A stretch of DNA of 64,000 nt from Thraustochytrium aureum (lineage: Eukaryota): assembly GCA_012862495.1 (NCBI GenBank), contig BLSG01000115.1:1-64000 (forward strand), in the 5' to 3' direction. This document shows, in pieces, positions 1-12,000 of this stretch. The translations under genes were made by a program, and so were the position numbers. How positions within the stretch are numbered: the first letter of the stretch is position 1; each line of letters opens with the position of its first letter. The notes under the pieces were generated by a model, which was given only the letters and a program-made list of their open reading frames with translations, had not been told where the DNA came from and ran no database searches.

Positions 1-80
1 GGCGGCACGTTCGGCGCGCTTTCTGCAGAGTCGTTCGTGAAGAATCCGCAGGAAACGCAAGCGACAGACTGACTGACTGA

Positions 81-128
81 CGCCCTGCGCAGACCCGAAC
101 GCCCCTGCGCAGACCCGAACGCCCCTGC
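81..128. repeat. Short tandem repeat, 20-bp unit (GCCCCTGCGCAGACCCGAAC) x~2.4, preceded by a (GACT)n microsatellite at ~67-80
   Basis: Read directly from the sequence upstream of the PI4K gene. Confidence 0.85.
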
Positions 129-273
129 TCGAGCAGCGAGGGACACGCCGGAGAGGAGCAGGCAGTGAGGACCCAACCAGCGAGGCGAGGGCCAGGCAGC
201 AGCCACAGCAGAGGTTCGGGACCGCCTCGCGAGTTCGCGGCAGCGTGAGGAAGGTCTGTCGGGCAGTGCCAAG

Positions 274-1645
274 ATGGCCCCGACGGCAACCAAGCCGCAG
301 GGCGCCAAGTACGCCCAGGGCAACCCCCTCGGCGGGGCGGAGAGTGTTGAAGATGCCCCTGCCAACACCAAGATCGCTGCGGCGGACGCCGCCGGCAGAG
401 GTCCCGCCCCGGCGCCGACCAGCGAAGCCAGCGGCAAGGAGGCTTGCGCGCTTGCCTCATGCTTCTGCATGTGGGCGATCGACGAGAAAGACATCCAGGC
501 CTCCTCGGCGTCGGTCTTCCGCGGAACCCTGTGCAAGGTCCTCGTTGTCATCTACATGATGGAGCAGGTCATCATGCTGGCGCCGGCCGGTGTCTCAGTC
601 GACGAGAGTAGCTCGGCGCTAAAGGATCTGGCGAACGACATCCTTTCAGGAGGCACGATTGGGACCGTGCTCTCCTTTGACTCGGTTTCTCGCGTCGAGG
701 AGCCGTGCGCCGGCGAGGGTGCCTCCCCTGACATCCCGCCGTGCGACTTTGTCGCAGCAAGCCCGAGCGGCGGGCTCAGCCCGGCCCCCGGCGCCCTCGC
801 GAGCGTTCTCGACGACCTTGACCTGGAGAGCGCCGAGCGCTCGCCGCACGGGACGAGCGGCGTGTACTTCATCTCGGACCGGTCCAAGCAAGGCAAGGTG
901 GTGTTCAAGCCCCTTAGTGAGGAGAGCTTGTCCACTGGCTGGGCAGGGTTTCCTGAAGGAGGTTGCCGCGTACGTTTTGGACAATGGCATCGCTGGCGTC
1001 CCCGAGACCGTGGTCGCCCAAGTCGACCTGCATGGATCGGGCCAAGAGGTCGGGTCCGCGCAGGCGTACGTGGCCGAGAGCGAGGACGCCGAGGACTTTG
1101 GACCTGGGCTCTTCAACGTGGATGACGTGCACCGCATCGGCGTCTTGGACCTGCGCATCCTTAACTGCGACCGCCACAGCGGCAACCTGATGCGCAACAA
1201 GCGCACTGGCAAGCTGGTCCCGATTGACCATGGCTTGTCGTTTCCGTCGGCGTTTTCCGACCAACTGGCGAACGTCTCGTTCGAATGGCTGCAGTACCCG
1301 CAGGCGAAGCAGCCCTTTTCGCCAGAGCTTGTCGGCCTTATTGAGGCCATCAACGTGAGTGACGACATCGACAAGCTCGAGCGTCTCGGCATCGAGGAAG
1401 GAGCGCAGCTTGCCACCTGGATGAGCAGTACGCTTCTCAAGCTCGGTGCGGCGCAAGGGCTCAACCTGTTCGAGATCGGCTCACTCATGCAGCGCAAGGG
1501 CGACCGCTCGCAACCTTCGGACCTTGAGGAACTCTTTGTGGCTGCGATGAGCGGTTGTGAGGCGGAGAGTTCGCCGGCTGCCTTCTTCGACATCTTTTCG
1601 GACCTCGCGCTCAAGCGCGTCTCGCGCGCCGCTCGCGTCGCCTAG
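274..1645 (+). CDS. Phosphatidylinositol 4-kinase type II (plant PI4K-gamma-like); one frameshift near 930
   Basis: ORF 274..1125 carries GTSGVYF...VFKP; ORF 659..1645 carries KEVAAYVLD, DLRILNCDRHSGN and PIDHG, all PI4K-II catalytic motifs. The two frames join at ~925-945. Confidence 0.88.
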
Positions 1646-1762
1646 TTTTTGCACTTTACTTTGTACCTAATTTCCTGTATGTATTTACTCTACCTTGTGC
1701 CCAAGTGCCACTGGGTGCAGCGAGGATGCTCGCTCGAGTGGAGCCTTTCGAAGTCGGTCTGC

Positions 1763-3083
1763 TCATGGCGAAGTCAGGTCGAGAATCGCGCCGCGCTTCC
1801 TCGCTCGCTTCCCGGCCGCCACAGCGCCAAGCCCCACAGCATCGGTGTCGTCTTGGCCGTCCACCACAACAGTTTCGCGCTCCGGATTCGTCGCTACTGA
1901 CGAAGCCCGCCGCTTTTCTACCCGCGGCGCCGAGCCGCACATCTCACATGTCCGCTTATCCCCGAGGTTCGCGAACGTACAGGCGGGGCAAGACCAGAGG
2001 AGAGCGTCGGATTGCGCGCATTCGGCAGCAACCTCACGGGCACGAACGCAAGGCAACCGNAGGCCAAGCACTCGGCCTGGTCGGGGTCATTCCGAAGCGT
2101 GCACCGTGGGCAGTCCCAAGTCATAGACTCCAAGACCGCGGTTCCGTTGCCAGTCCTGGTTTGGTCTCGTGCAGAATGATGCCGCTCTTCGGCTGGCTTT
2201 TGCTGGCACTGGAGCCAAATCACCACCTACAGCCGACGTGCCCTGGTTGGCCGCCCCAGCTCCCGCTGATCTGCCCTCTTGCTCGCCAAACGAATGGCCA
2301 TGGTCCACAGCAACGCACGTCGGTCGTCGCTTTCGGCGCTCCTCTGCAGCGAGAGCCACTCGTTGCGATGCCGTGAGGCGCGGACAACCGCCAGCTTCAG
2401 TGGACGACGACGAGGTCGCGCCGAGCTGGCGTCCAGCCCCGCAAGCCCAGAGCCTTCGGCGCTCGGCAGCTGTGAGCGCCGCCATTCTTCGCTCCTTGGC
2501 GGAGCGAGAGAGGACTCCGCCCCCAAGCTTTGCGCCTCGCCCCTAAAGGCCCTGTCCAAAGGTGGACGGCGCCGTGCTGGATCCGAGCGAGAGCCCCCCG
2601 GCGTCTGATGGACCGCGCTCGTACTCGTCCCAAAGCTCGTCGAGAAGCTTGTAGAACTTGACGCTGTGTGGCCCATGTACGTTGTGCACGAGCTCGTGCA
2701 GGAGCGTGCCAAGACAGCTGCCAAAGTCGAGGAAAGCGCCAGAGCCGCTCCGCAGCCGAATGAGAATCTTTTGGCCACGGTTCACGTTCATGCCCAAGAG
2801 TCCCTCGTTCTTGGGCCGGAACTTGTGCGGCGCGAACAGTTGTGCGGCACGAACAGCGCGTTAGCCTCGTTCTCCTGTCCCAGCGCGAGGTGCGATGGAA
2901 AGCGATGCCTTGACTCACCTCTTCTAGGCGACCAACCCTCCACTCGCGCTTTGCCATGATTGGCTCGACTTGTTTCGCCAGCGCGAGGAGCAGCTCGCGC
3001 GCTCGCGCTGCCTCGGGCAGCTTGGACAGCACCGCGACGCTATTGAATCTGGCGGTGCCGCCGCTTGCCGGGCCAGGGGGCAT
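1763..3083 (-). CDS. WLM (Wss1-like) metalloprotease with two C-terminal RanBP2-type zinc fingers; intron 2822-2918; several indels
   Basis: VEPIMAKREWRVGRLEE | FRPKNEGLLGMNVNRGQKILIRLR...TLLHELVHNVHGPH (HExxH WLM signature). Intron GTGAGT...CTAAC...CAAG restores the frame. WDCPRCTLRN..C..C and WSCPACTFAN..CEMC fingers follow. The TAG at 2543-2545 is explained by compensating G-run indels (giving AFRGRGAKLGG). Confidence 0.85.
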
Positions 3084-4585
3084 CTGCGCTCCTCCGCGCT
3101 GCGCTGCGATGCGCGCGTATTGGCGCTGCGATGCGCGCGTATTGGCGCTACGCTACGCCTGGCCCTCGCACTGTGCGACGAGGCGCATCGCGGTCCGCGC
3201 CTGCTGTCTGCGCGAGGAGGGNNNNNNNNNNNNNNNNNNNNNNNNNNNNNNNNNNNNNNNNNNNNNNNNNNNNNNNNNNNNNNNNNNNNNNNNNNNNNNN
3301 NNNNNNNNNNNNNNNNNNNNNNNNNNNNNNNNNNNNNNNNNNNNNNNNNNNNNNNNNNNNNNNNNNNNNNNNNNNNNNNNNNNNNNNNNNNNNNNNNNNN
3401 NNNNNNNNNNNNNNNNNNNNNNNNNNNNNNNNNNNNNNNNNNNNNNNNNNNNNNNNNNNNNNNNNNNNNNNNNNNNNNNNNNNNNNNNNNNNNNNNNNNN
3501 NNNNNNNNNNNNNNNNNNNNNNNNNNNNNNNNNNNNNNNNNNNNNNNNNNNNNNNNNNNNNNNNNNNNNNNNNNNNNNNNNNNNNNNNNNNNNNNNNNNN
3601 NNNNNNNNNNNNNNNNNNNNNNNNNNNNNNNNNNNNNNNNNNNNNNNNNNNNNNNNNNNNNNNNNNNNNNNNNNNNNNNNNNNNNNNNNNNNNNNNNNNN
3701 NNNNNNNNNNNNNNNNNNNNNNNNNNNNNNNNNNNNNNNNNNNNNNNNNNNNNNNNNNNNNNNNNNNNNNNNNNNNNNNNNNNNNNNNNNNNNNNNNNNN
3801 NNNNNNNNNNNNNNNNNNNNNNNNNNNNNNNNNNNNNNNNNNNNNNNNNNNNNNNNNNNNNNNNNNNNNNNNNNNNNNNNNNNNNNNNNNNNNNNNNNNN
3901 NNNNNNNNNNNNNNNNNNNNNNNNNNNNNNNNNNNNNNNNNNNNNNNNNNNNNNNNNNNNNNNNNNNNNNNNNNNNNNNNNNNNNNNNNNNNNNNNNNNN
4001 NNNNNNNNNNNNNNNNNNNNNNNNNNNNNNNNNNNNNNNNNNNNNNNNNNNNNNNNNNNNNNNNNNNNNNNNNNNAGAACAACTGGATCAACGGCTACTC
4101 TTTTGTGCGTGCGATCCCCCAATCGATCGTCGACAGACGCGGGATGCGCCTGTTGCCAAGGAGGGAGGAGCCTTCATCATCATCAAGTCTCATCAGACTC
4201 GGTCTGTCACAGCTGTCTCATTCACTGATCACAGTCATCACAGCCGTAGTGGGGCGACGGCCTGGTCCGCCACTCCGCGACACGCATTACTCTGGCCAGG
4301 TACTCGACCTCAACCTCGCTTGCGTTACCTACTGCAGCAGCCTGAGCTCACTCTACTTCGGCCTTTGATTGAACAGTGAGTGCCACTCATCATGATCAGC
4401 ATTCATCCGCAATTCTGTTCCCAGTCGTCCACTATCTTCGTCAGCTGAGGAGCGTCCGAGCAGTCCCTGAACGACCAACGAAGCGCAGGCCGCGAGCTAC
4501 ACGAGGCACTTACGGCTGCAGAGGCGTCGAGAGCCGAGGCACACCCGCTCGCGCACAGGCAAGCACTGCCTGAATCGCCCGCCAC

Positions 4586-6154
4586 ATGGCGCCCCCAAAG
4601 GTCTTCTCGCGCGCAGAGGTGGCCAAGCACAACACCGAGGAAGACTGCTGGATCGTGATCGAGGGACGCGTCTACGATGTGACCCGTTTTGCTGGCATGC
4701 ACCCTGGCGGCGAGGAGATCTTGCTGTCGATCGGCGGCACCGACGCAACCGAGGACTTTTACGGCCTGCACAGACAGAGCGTGCTCGACAAGTTTGGCCC
4801 CAAGCTCATGGTAGGCGTGACCGAGGACGCCGACATGGAGGAGGTCTCCAAGCCCACGAACGGGCTGACCAAGTGGGCGGAGATCTCAAAGGTGCCGTAC
4901 GCCGAGACGTTTGCCTGGCGCGGCTTCAAGTCGCCGTTCCACGACGAGTCTCACGTGCGCTTCCGCAAGTACATTCGCGAGTTTTATGACCGCGAGTTGC
5001 GCCAGCTCGCGATCGAGTGCGAGGACTCCAACGAGCCCGCCACGCTCGAGATCATGCAAAAGATTAGCCAAGCCGGCCTCCTGCACACCCGCCTTGGCCC
5101 TGGGCCGCACCTCAAGCTGCTGCCGATGCCCTGCGGGATCAAGCCGGAAGAGTTCACTTACACGCACGAGAAGATTTTGCAGGAGGAGACGGCACGCCTC
5201 CAATGCCCCGGTTTCCTCGACTCGCTGTTCGCGGGGTTCAACATCAGCGCCCCGCCGCTCGTCAACTACGGCACGGACAAGATGCGCAAAGAGGTGCTCC
5301 CCGAGATTCTGGCCGGCCGTAAGCGTTCCTGCCTGGCCATCACGGAAGCTTTTGCTGGCTCCGACGTGGCCGGCCTCCGCACCACAGCCAAGCTCACCCC
5401 CGACGGCAAGCACTACATTGTCAACGGTACCAAGAAGTGGATTACCAACGCCACCTTTGCCGACTACTTCGTCACGGCCGTGCGCACAGGGGGGCCCGGC
5501 GCGGGCGGCATTTCGATGATGCTCATTCCCAAGGGGGAGGGTGTCCGCGTCAAGCTGATCAAGACGGCCTACAGCAGCGCAGCAGGCACGGGGTACGTCA
5601 TGTTTGAGAACGTCAAGGTCCCCGCCGAGAACCTCATGGGCGCAGAGAACAAGGGCTTTGGCCTCGTCATGAGCAACTTCAACCACGAGCGCTATGTGAT
5701 CGCCGTTGCTGTCATCGCGGGCTGCCGCCTCGCTGTCGAGGAGTGCTTCAAGTGGGCCATGCAGCGCAAGGTGTTTGGCAAGCCGCTCATGAGCCAAGCT
5801 GTCATTCGCGAAAAGCTCGGCCGCATGGTGGCCGCCGTCGAGGCCGCCGACGCGTACGCCGATCTCATCACGCACCAGATGAACAACATGGACTACAAGG
5901 AGCAAAACATGAAACTCGGCGGCCCCATTTCGCTTCTCAAGTACCAGGCGACGCGCACCGCGCACCTCGTCGCGGACGATGCGGTGCAGATCTTCGGAGG
6001 CCGCGGCGTCACGAACGGCGCCATGGGCCGCGTGGTGCGCAACTTTGCCAAGAGCTACAAGCTCCCCAGCGTTTACGGGGGCTCCGAGGAGATCATGGTG
6101 GACCTCGGCGTTCGTCAAGCCCTCCGCTTTTACCCGCGCGACGCCAAGCTCTAG
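4586..6154 (+). CDS. Cytochrome b5-fused acyl-CoA dehydrogenase, predicted peroxisomal (C-terminal AKL)
   Basis: N-terminal b5 domain (HNTEEDCWIVIEGRVYDVT..HPGG); ACAD motifs CLAITEAFAGSDVA, NGTKKWITN, QIFGGRG, YGGSEEIM; ends YPRDAKL*. Confidence 0.95.
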   Translation: MAPPKVFSRAEVAKHNTEEDCWIVIEGRVYDVTRFAGMHPGGEEILLSIGGTDATEDFYGLHRQSVLDKFGPKLMVGVTEDADMEEVSKPTNGLTKWAEISKVPYAETFAWRGFKSPFHDESHVRFRKYIREFYDRELRQLAIECEDSNEPATLEIMQKISQAGLLHTRLGPGPHLKLLPMPCGIKPEEFTYTHEKILQEETARLQCPGFLDSLFAGFNISAPPLVNYGTDKMRKEVLPEILAGRKRSCLAITEAFAGSDVAGLRTTAKLTPDGKHYIVNGTKKWITNATFADYFVTAVRTGGPGAGGISMMLIPKGEGVRVKLIKTAYSSAAGTGYVMFENVKVPAENLMGAENKGFGLVMSNFNHERYVIAVAVIAGCRLAVEECFKWAMQRKVFGKPLMSQAVIREKLGRMVAAVEAADAYADLITHQMNNMDYKEQNMKLGGPISLLKYQATRTAHLVADDAVQIFGGRGVTNGAMGRVVRNFAKSYKLPSVYGGSEEIMVDLGVRQALRFYPRDAKL

Positions 6155-6358
6155 CTAGGCTGCGCCGCTCTCGGCCTCCTCCGTCCGCTCGCACAACAAG
6201 TAGACGCCAACCAGTTTCGGCCGCGCCTCAAATATCGTCTAAAGTCATTTATTGCTTCCCGGGTTGATTTCCTGCTGTTGGCCCATCGCGAGACGCGCAG
6301 CGCGCCGCACAGGCCCTCGATGGGCCTAAACGGTTGGTTCCGTCAAGCCGACACCCGC

Positions 6359-8500
6359 TTAGCGAGGCCGCACCAAGTGCGCCCTTGCGCGAGGGGACCG
6401 TCCGGGCACGTTCTGGCTTGCCGAGTTGCTGCACGTTGCTGGCGGGCCGCCCGCAGGCGCCGCAGGCTGCCGCAGCACCGCCTGGCGCTTGGCCCTCGCC
6501 TCCAGGGCCGAACGGAAACGTGGCAAGTTCAGGTCGAGCAAGATCTCCTGCTTGTCTCTCTCCCAGGTCATTTGGTTGACGAGCTTGGACTGGACGGTAT
6601 CGTCTGCGAGCGAACCTATCCGAGTGGCGGCAAACCCGAGCAAGGATGAGGTCTGCGCTCTATCCGAAAACCGCACAAAGTCGGTGAGCCGTACAGCAAG
6701 TACCTCAGTCGCGCGCTCTGAGACCATGCTTGCGAGGTAAACGTGAGCCAGGCTCTGGCGTGAGGCGCCGTTTTCGGGCCCGGCCTCCACCTCGGGCGCC
6801 TCGTCGGAAGGGGCCTCGCTCGATCCCGGGCCTGCGCGCGCCGTCCCGTACCGCTTGGCGAGCTTCGAGTCGAGCAGGCCGTTCTCTCCGAAAAACCCTC
6901 CCTTATCCAGCACCTCGACGTCCACAAAACATGCGTCGCGGTCCGCACACCTGTCTGCTGTAATAGACTCGCCAGGCTTGAAAGCTCGTACCGCGTTCGG
7001 AGTTGCCACGCGCTTGATGAGGCGGCAGGACCCCCTTTTCACAACGTAGAGGTGCGTCACAGGCTCGCCTTGTTTGCAAATCACGAAGTTGGGCGGCACG
7101 TGAACCAGCTTGCAACTCTTAACAAGTCCCGTCAGTTTGTACCGCTCCCAGGAGCTGAAGAATGGCAGGTTGACAAAGCACGCCACCTTTTCATTCATGT
7201 CTTTGGCCTGCAGCTTGCTCAAAATGCTGCGATAGTCCTCCTTCGCGATCACCAAAAACTCGGTTGCGTCCCGCGTCACGATGGTAGCCGTGCGAGGCTC
7301 GTCGTTTGCGAGGGCCAACTCGCCAAAGCTTTGTCCCGCGACAAGCTCGTTGGCTGCCACCCGCACCCCATTCTGCTCTATCTCGATCGCTACGCGCCCC
7401 TGAAGGATGATGTAAAAGTACCGCCCCTCGTCGCCCTGATTAAACACGGTCATTCCGCCGTCGTATTGGATGTATCTCATGACGCGGCAAAGCTCGAGGC
7501 GCACGGTAGGCGTCAGGCTCATGAAGAACGTGTCCGACTTGACCAGATCTTGGAGGAGCTCGAGGTCCCGGCTAGTGCGGCGAGACGGATTCTTTTTAGT
7601 CAGGATTTCGACGCACTGCGTTCGCAGGAGCGTGTCGCGCAGCGCCCCGAATTGAAAACCGACGTCATCGTCGTCGCTCGCGCGGTTCGCGCTCCCACCA
7701 CTGCGCTTTTGTAGCATTGCCTGGAGCGTCGCCAGCGCGCCCCCGCCGCCGCTGGCTGGTCTGGGGCCCAGTCCATCTGTCGGCGCGCCAGGTGGCCCCG
7801 CGTTTCTTACGCCTGCCGAGCTGTATTGGCCGATGGGGCCAGGGAATCCCCCGTGTACGTGACTCGCCAGCCCTCCGGTCGCGGACAGCGCCACCCCATT
7901 CCTCTGCACGCTTCGTGGTGGCGACGAGGCTGGCTCGCGGTATGAGCCGGGCATCGCAACGGGACAGTTGTTTTGGCGGGCTTGCTCATGCTCGAGCATC
8001 GAGCTGAGGCCAACTTGGCTTCGCCGAGCTACAAGGTTTTGTTCGCGGGACATTTGAACCAACGGGCTCAGCTCTGACGAGTCACCCCGGAATCCCATCA
8101 TCTTCATGACCGTGAGGGAGTACATGATCCGAGTGTAGGCTTCTTTCCAGCGATCGCGGGGCCCAAACTGGTGCTTGTTACACTTCTTTGCCGCAGCCAG
8201 GAGAGAAAGCCGCGGTCGTTGCGGAACGGATGACTTGCGCCGGGCCTGGCTCCTGCTCGTTGTTGAGCTTGGCTTAGCTTGTCCGTCTCCTCCGGTCTCT
8301 GGGGCATCATCTTGTTGATTATGATCTTCATCGTAGTTGCCGGGGTCGCTGTTCAGCAGGTCTTCGTCGCCGTTGTCGTCCATCGCATTTTGATCGTTCC
8401 GGTTTGAACGGGAGCGGATGCCTTCATGTCCTGCCACTGTCGTTTCAGCACACTCGTTCCCACTGTTGTCATCCACTCCTTCTTCTTCGTCGTCCAACAT
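6359..8500 (-). CDS. Cyclic-nucleotide-binding domain protein with two cNMP domains (CNBD2-like)
   Basis: VFNQGDEGRYFYIILQGRV...SFGELALANDEPRTATI, and a second domain ICKQGEPVTHLYVVKRGSC...FFGENGLL; intact 713-aa ORF. Confidence 0.88.
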   Translation of the reverse strand: MLDDEEEGVDDNSGNECAETTVAGHEGIRSRSNRNDQNAMDDNGDEDLLNSDPGNYDEDHNQQDDAPETGGDGQAKPSSTTSRSQARRKSSVPQRPRLSLLAAAKKCNKHQFGPRDRWKEAYTRIMYSLTVMKMMGFRGDSSELSPLVQMSREQNLVARRSQVGLSSMLEHEQARQNNCPVAMPGSYREPASSPPRSVQRNGVALSATGGLASHVHGGFPGPIGQYSSAGVRNAGPPGAPTDGLGPRPASGGGGALATLQAMLQKRSGGSANRASDDDDVGFQFGALRDTLLRTQCVEILTKKNPSRRTSRDLELLQDLVKSDTFFMSLTPTVRLELCRVMRYIQYDGGMTVFNQGDEGRYFYIILQGRVAIEIEQNGVRVAANELVAGQSFGELALANDEPRTATIVTRDATEFLVIAKEDYRSILSKLQAKDMNEKVACFVNLPFFSSWERYKLTGLVKSCKLVHVPPNFVICKQGEPVTHLYVVKRGSCRLIKRVATPNAVRAFKPGESITADRCADRDACFVDVEVLDKGGFFGENGLLDSKLAKRYGTARAGPGSSEAPSDEAPEVEAGPENGASRQSLAHVYLASMVSERATEVLAVRLTDFVRFSDRAQTSSLLGFAATRIGSLADDTVQSKLVNQMTWERDKQEILLDLNLPRFRSALEARAKRQAVLRQPAAPAGGPPATCSNSASQNVPGRSPRARAHLVRPR

Positions 8501-9386
8501 GCCTTCGACGCTCTCAGGGCGCTCCGAGCGCTCGCTGTCAGGGCGCGCGCGGTCGGCGGGGCCTTCTGACCTTCTGACGAGACAGACCTCTTAGGCAACG
8601 AGCGAGACCTGTCGGGCAACGAGACCTGTCAGGCACTCACTCACCCACTTTGCGCGCCGTGCCGCCTGAGCCGACTGACTCGGTGCGAGCGTGCCTCAGA
8701 CGCCCGCCAGCCTGCCCGCCCTCTGGCTAACCGACAGGCCAAGCCTCCTACCTCCGTTGCAAGTTGGCGGGACGCGACTTGACTGCTCGTAGCAAGCCCG
8801 GCTAGCCTGTCGTGCCGCCTCGTTCGCGATCTGCTCGGGAATTGCGTCGATGTGTGACCGACCTCTCAGCGCGACAACGCCTCCAGGGCGCGGAGTGCCA
8901 ATAATTCAATTTTTTGTTCATGGCGAAGCGTGCCTATAATTGTGAATTTGCGCACATCATTGCCGAGCAAACTACTCCAGGAGTTGATCGGCCCGTAAGC
9001 TGTCTTCGTTTATTGAAAGCATTTGCGCGCTGGTGGGTACTCGGGTCCTCTTCACGACCTGCTAGCTAGACTTATCTTCACGACCTGCTCTAGGAGAGAC
9101 TTATGACGGAAGAATGAGCGAAAGAACAAGGAACAAAACGAAGAATGGAAGAAAAAACGAAGAGGAGCGAGTGCGTGACGTGCTCAGTCGCCAGCAGCGC
9201 CAACTTGGGGTCGAGCTCGCAAAGTCGGCGGGTGGGCTTGCGGCAAGCAAGCAGGGCAACGACTCCCAAGACGAACAGAGCAAGACAAGACAAGGCCCAC
9301 CCACCACTCGATCGAAACGGGTTGTCAAGTCAAGCCCACGGCAACGGCCCGACTTCAGCCCGCGAGGGCAGGAAAGAAATCATCAA

Positions 9387-10869
9387 ATGCCTCGCGCCAA
9401 CTGGCGAACGAAGCGTCATGCNNNNNNNNNNNNNNNNNNNNNNNNNNNNNNNNNNNNNNNNNNNNNNNNNNNNNNNNNNNNNNNNNNNNNNNNNNNNNNN
9501 NNNNNNNNNNNNNNNNNNNNNNNNNNNNNNNNNNNNNNNNNNNNNNNNNNNNNNNNNNNNNNNNNNNNNNNNNNNNNNNNNNNNNNNNNNNNGTCATGCC
9601 AAGGCGGTCAAGGTTGCAATCGGCCTCGCTGTCCTCGCGGCGGTCGTGGCAGTGCATGGGGCGCTTAGGTTCCAGCTTGATGGTCAAGACAGAAGTATTC
9701 TCCCCGTGGTCACTGCAAGCGACCAGCTTCGAAACTCGCACGTCAGGCCAGTTCTTGCTGGGAACACAGTGCCGCATAGCGCTGGGGGAAGCGTTGCAGT
9801 CCTTATGGTGTCCGATGTGGAGGCAGAGGGGCTGGATCGCATCGCCGAGCTTGGCGAATTGGCAGCGAAGCGCTCCAACTACATCACGCTGACTGCCGTG
9901 ATGAACTACTTGTGGGCAACATTCCATGGTTACAAGTTTCGAATGGTGTACTTTGGTAAAGATTCGTGCTACCACAGCCAGATGGGTAAACGCGTTTGGT
10001 GGTGGTGCCGACTTATCGAAATCCGGCGTGCCCTGACCGAGCTCCAAGTGGATTGGGTGATCTATCTGGACGGTGACGCGTTTTTCACAAACCTAACGTT
10101 TTCGGCATTCGATATAATCCAGGCCGGGATCGGAAACGCCAGTGTACTGATGCCAGAAGGCCCAACAATACAACAGTGGGAAAGCGGCTTGTACGAGCGA
10201 CGCGTGCCATCTCCTCATGTTATACTGTCAAAGGATGTCGATAGCTGGCCTGGTATCTGCATGGGCGCAAACGTTTGGCGAAATTCGGCCCAAGCCGAGC
10301 GAGTCTTGTGCGAGCTGTGGCACTCCAAAATTGACAATACGCTCCACCGCCGCTCATCTGGGGCTCTTGATGTCGTTGAGGGCGTTCAAGCAGGGTCGCT
10401 CGGGGAGCAGAACGTTATAAACTACGTCTTGTTTGATTTGCTGCACCAAGGCAACGTAAGCTTCGCAAGCTTGTCCCAGCACCGGCTGCACAAGTCGATT
10501 GAGGCCTCCGCACAGTCATCGCCGCTGACAGCGCCCGTTTGGCTGCGGTACATTTCCATCATCAGACCGATCAACTTGTACCACGGTCGCTTCATCTTCC
10601 ACGGCACTTTGGGCTCAACACCTTTCAAACCCGACGAGCGCCTCGTTGAGCCCATCAAGGCGGCTTGGAAGAAGACCTGCGGGTGGAATGCCAAGTTAAA
10701 GCTTCATCTATGCGTGGCCCCAGGGTACAGGCACTTTATCTCTCGGCCCGAGATCGCCCCTCTCCTTCGTGACTGGGACGCAGTTCTGCGCGGCCTGAAT
10801 GAATCCGTCGTGCGGCGCAAGGTCTTTGACGAGTCCGCTTGTGCGGCCTTCAAAAGTAAAGAAGAATAG
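9387..10869 (+). CDS. Type II membrane glycosyltransferase, GT34 (GMA12/MNN10-like)
   Basis: Merging the duplicated GTCATGC at both gap edges gives MPRANWRTKRHAKAVKVAIGLAVLAAVVAVHGAL (TM anchor). YLWATFHGYKF, W.RL and DWVIYLDGDAFFTN (DxD) motifs follow. The start could lie further upstream (9114). Confidence 0.75.
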
Positions 10870-10969
10870 GCGGGCTCGTTTACCTTCGGTGTCGTCTGGA
10901 GCACTCCAACGCCACAATTGCGCTTTCTATTGATTTGATTGATCGACTGATGAGTTGAACATTTTTCGG

Positions 10970-11560
10970 TCACAAGTTGGATTCGACACTGTCGCGTACA
11001 GATCCCCCCGGGAGCGGCTCGAGTCCGGGAGGCAGGATGCGGATCATGCTGCGGAGTATGGCCTCAGCCCGCCCAAACACGGGAATGGGCGGCTCAAAGC
11101 GCTTGGCCTTTGTCACTCTCCAGCCGTGTTTGGGCACGGAGTCAGACCAGCTGTAGCTAGCATCGTTGGCAGGAACGCGGTGCAGCGCAAAGTCGCCCTC
11201 CCACTCCTCTCGCGACGAGTACTGGAAGCTCTCGGTGAAGGTGATCGAGCCCACGAGTTGAAACTGCTGGTTTGCGTCAAGCTCCTCGGGGCCAGCGCCC
11301 TGCTTGACGCCGCCTGGGCCAGACAAGACCAAATAGACAGACCCCCCATCCACAAACGCTGGGTGCGGCGCGTACTCACGAGTCTCGATGGTCTTGAGCC
11401 GAGTTAGTGGCCCGCTACGACTCGCCGACTCGCCTCGTTGCGTGAACTAACCTCCACTCACCTTGTGCCCTTCCAAGAGCCATGTCGCATGCGGCTCGGC
11501 AGTGAGCAGCCCAAGGATGCCGGAAGGCCGCTCCACGGCCAGCTGCTTCCCACTTGCCAT
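10970..11560 (-). CDS. ASCH/PUA-like domain protein; intron 11393-11461
   Basis: Spliced product MASGKQ...LGLLTAEPHATWLLEGHK|TIETREY matches the ASCH GxKxxExR motif; intron GTGAGT...ACTAAC...CAAG in phase 0; C-terminal KHGWRVTKAKRFEPPIP. Confidence 0.75.
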
Positions 11561-12000
11561 CAGGCGAGTTGAAGGCGCGTTGGTTGCTCTGTTGCGCGTT
11601 TATCCTTGCTCGCCCCAGAGTCCCCACCGCCCTGCCACGCGCTGCGCCTTGTGCTCCTTGTGCAACGGCTGCTGCCACTGCGCTGCTGGCGCTGTGCTGC
11701 TGGCGCTGTCCTGCTGGCGCTGGCGCTGCGAGAGTGGGACCTCTGCGGCGACGGGAGCAAGCCCCGAGTTGGGAGGGAGGGAGGGAGGGCGCACTTGAGG
11801 CTCTCCGCAGCGCGCGCAGCGTCACTGTTGTTGGTGCAACCAGTCTTTCAGGTCGGGCCGCCGTGAGCAAGCTGGCCGGGCGCAGCGCCACGCCCGCATG
11901 GCGGTGACTCGGGCAAGCGAGCTCGCTGGCTGGCGCGGTCCTGTTTGGAAGGGACCGCTAGCTAGAGGCTGAGGCAGTCGGCTTTAGCTTGGTCGGAGAG

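Noticed and set aside
2543..2545. In-frame TAG in the WLM gene suggesting stop readthrough or a variant genetic code
   Set aside because: One extra G before and one missing G after, both in G-runs, restore a conserved-looking FRGRGAKLGG; TAG terminates other genes here normally (1645, 6154, 10869, 14529).
2956..4379. Long ORFs spanning N-runs (also at 12263-13403, 48303-51393 and 57482-58607)
   Set aside because: Their length comes from X residues, and the flanking translations show no recognisable family.
4886..6118. 410-aa antisense ORF (and similar ones opposite ValRS, PAP and SANBR)
   Set aside because: Antisense frames stay open because of GC3-biased codon usage in the real gene.
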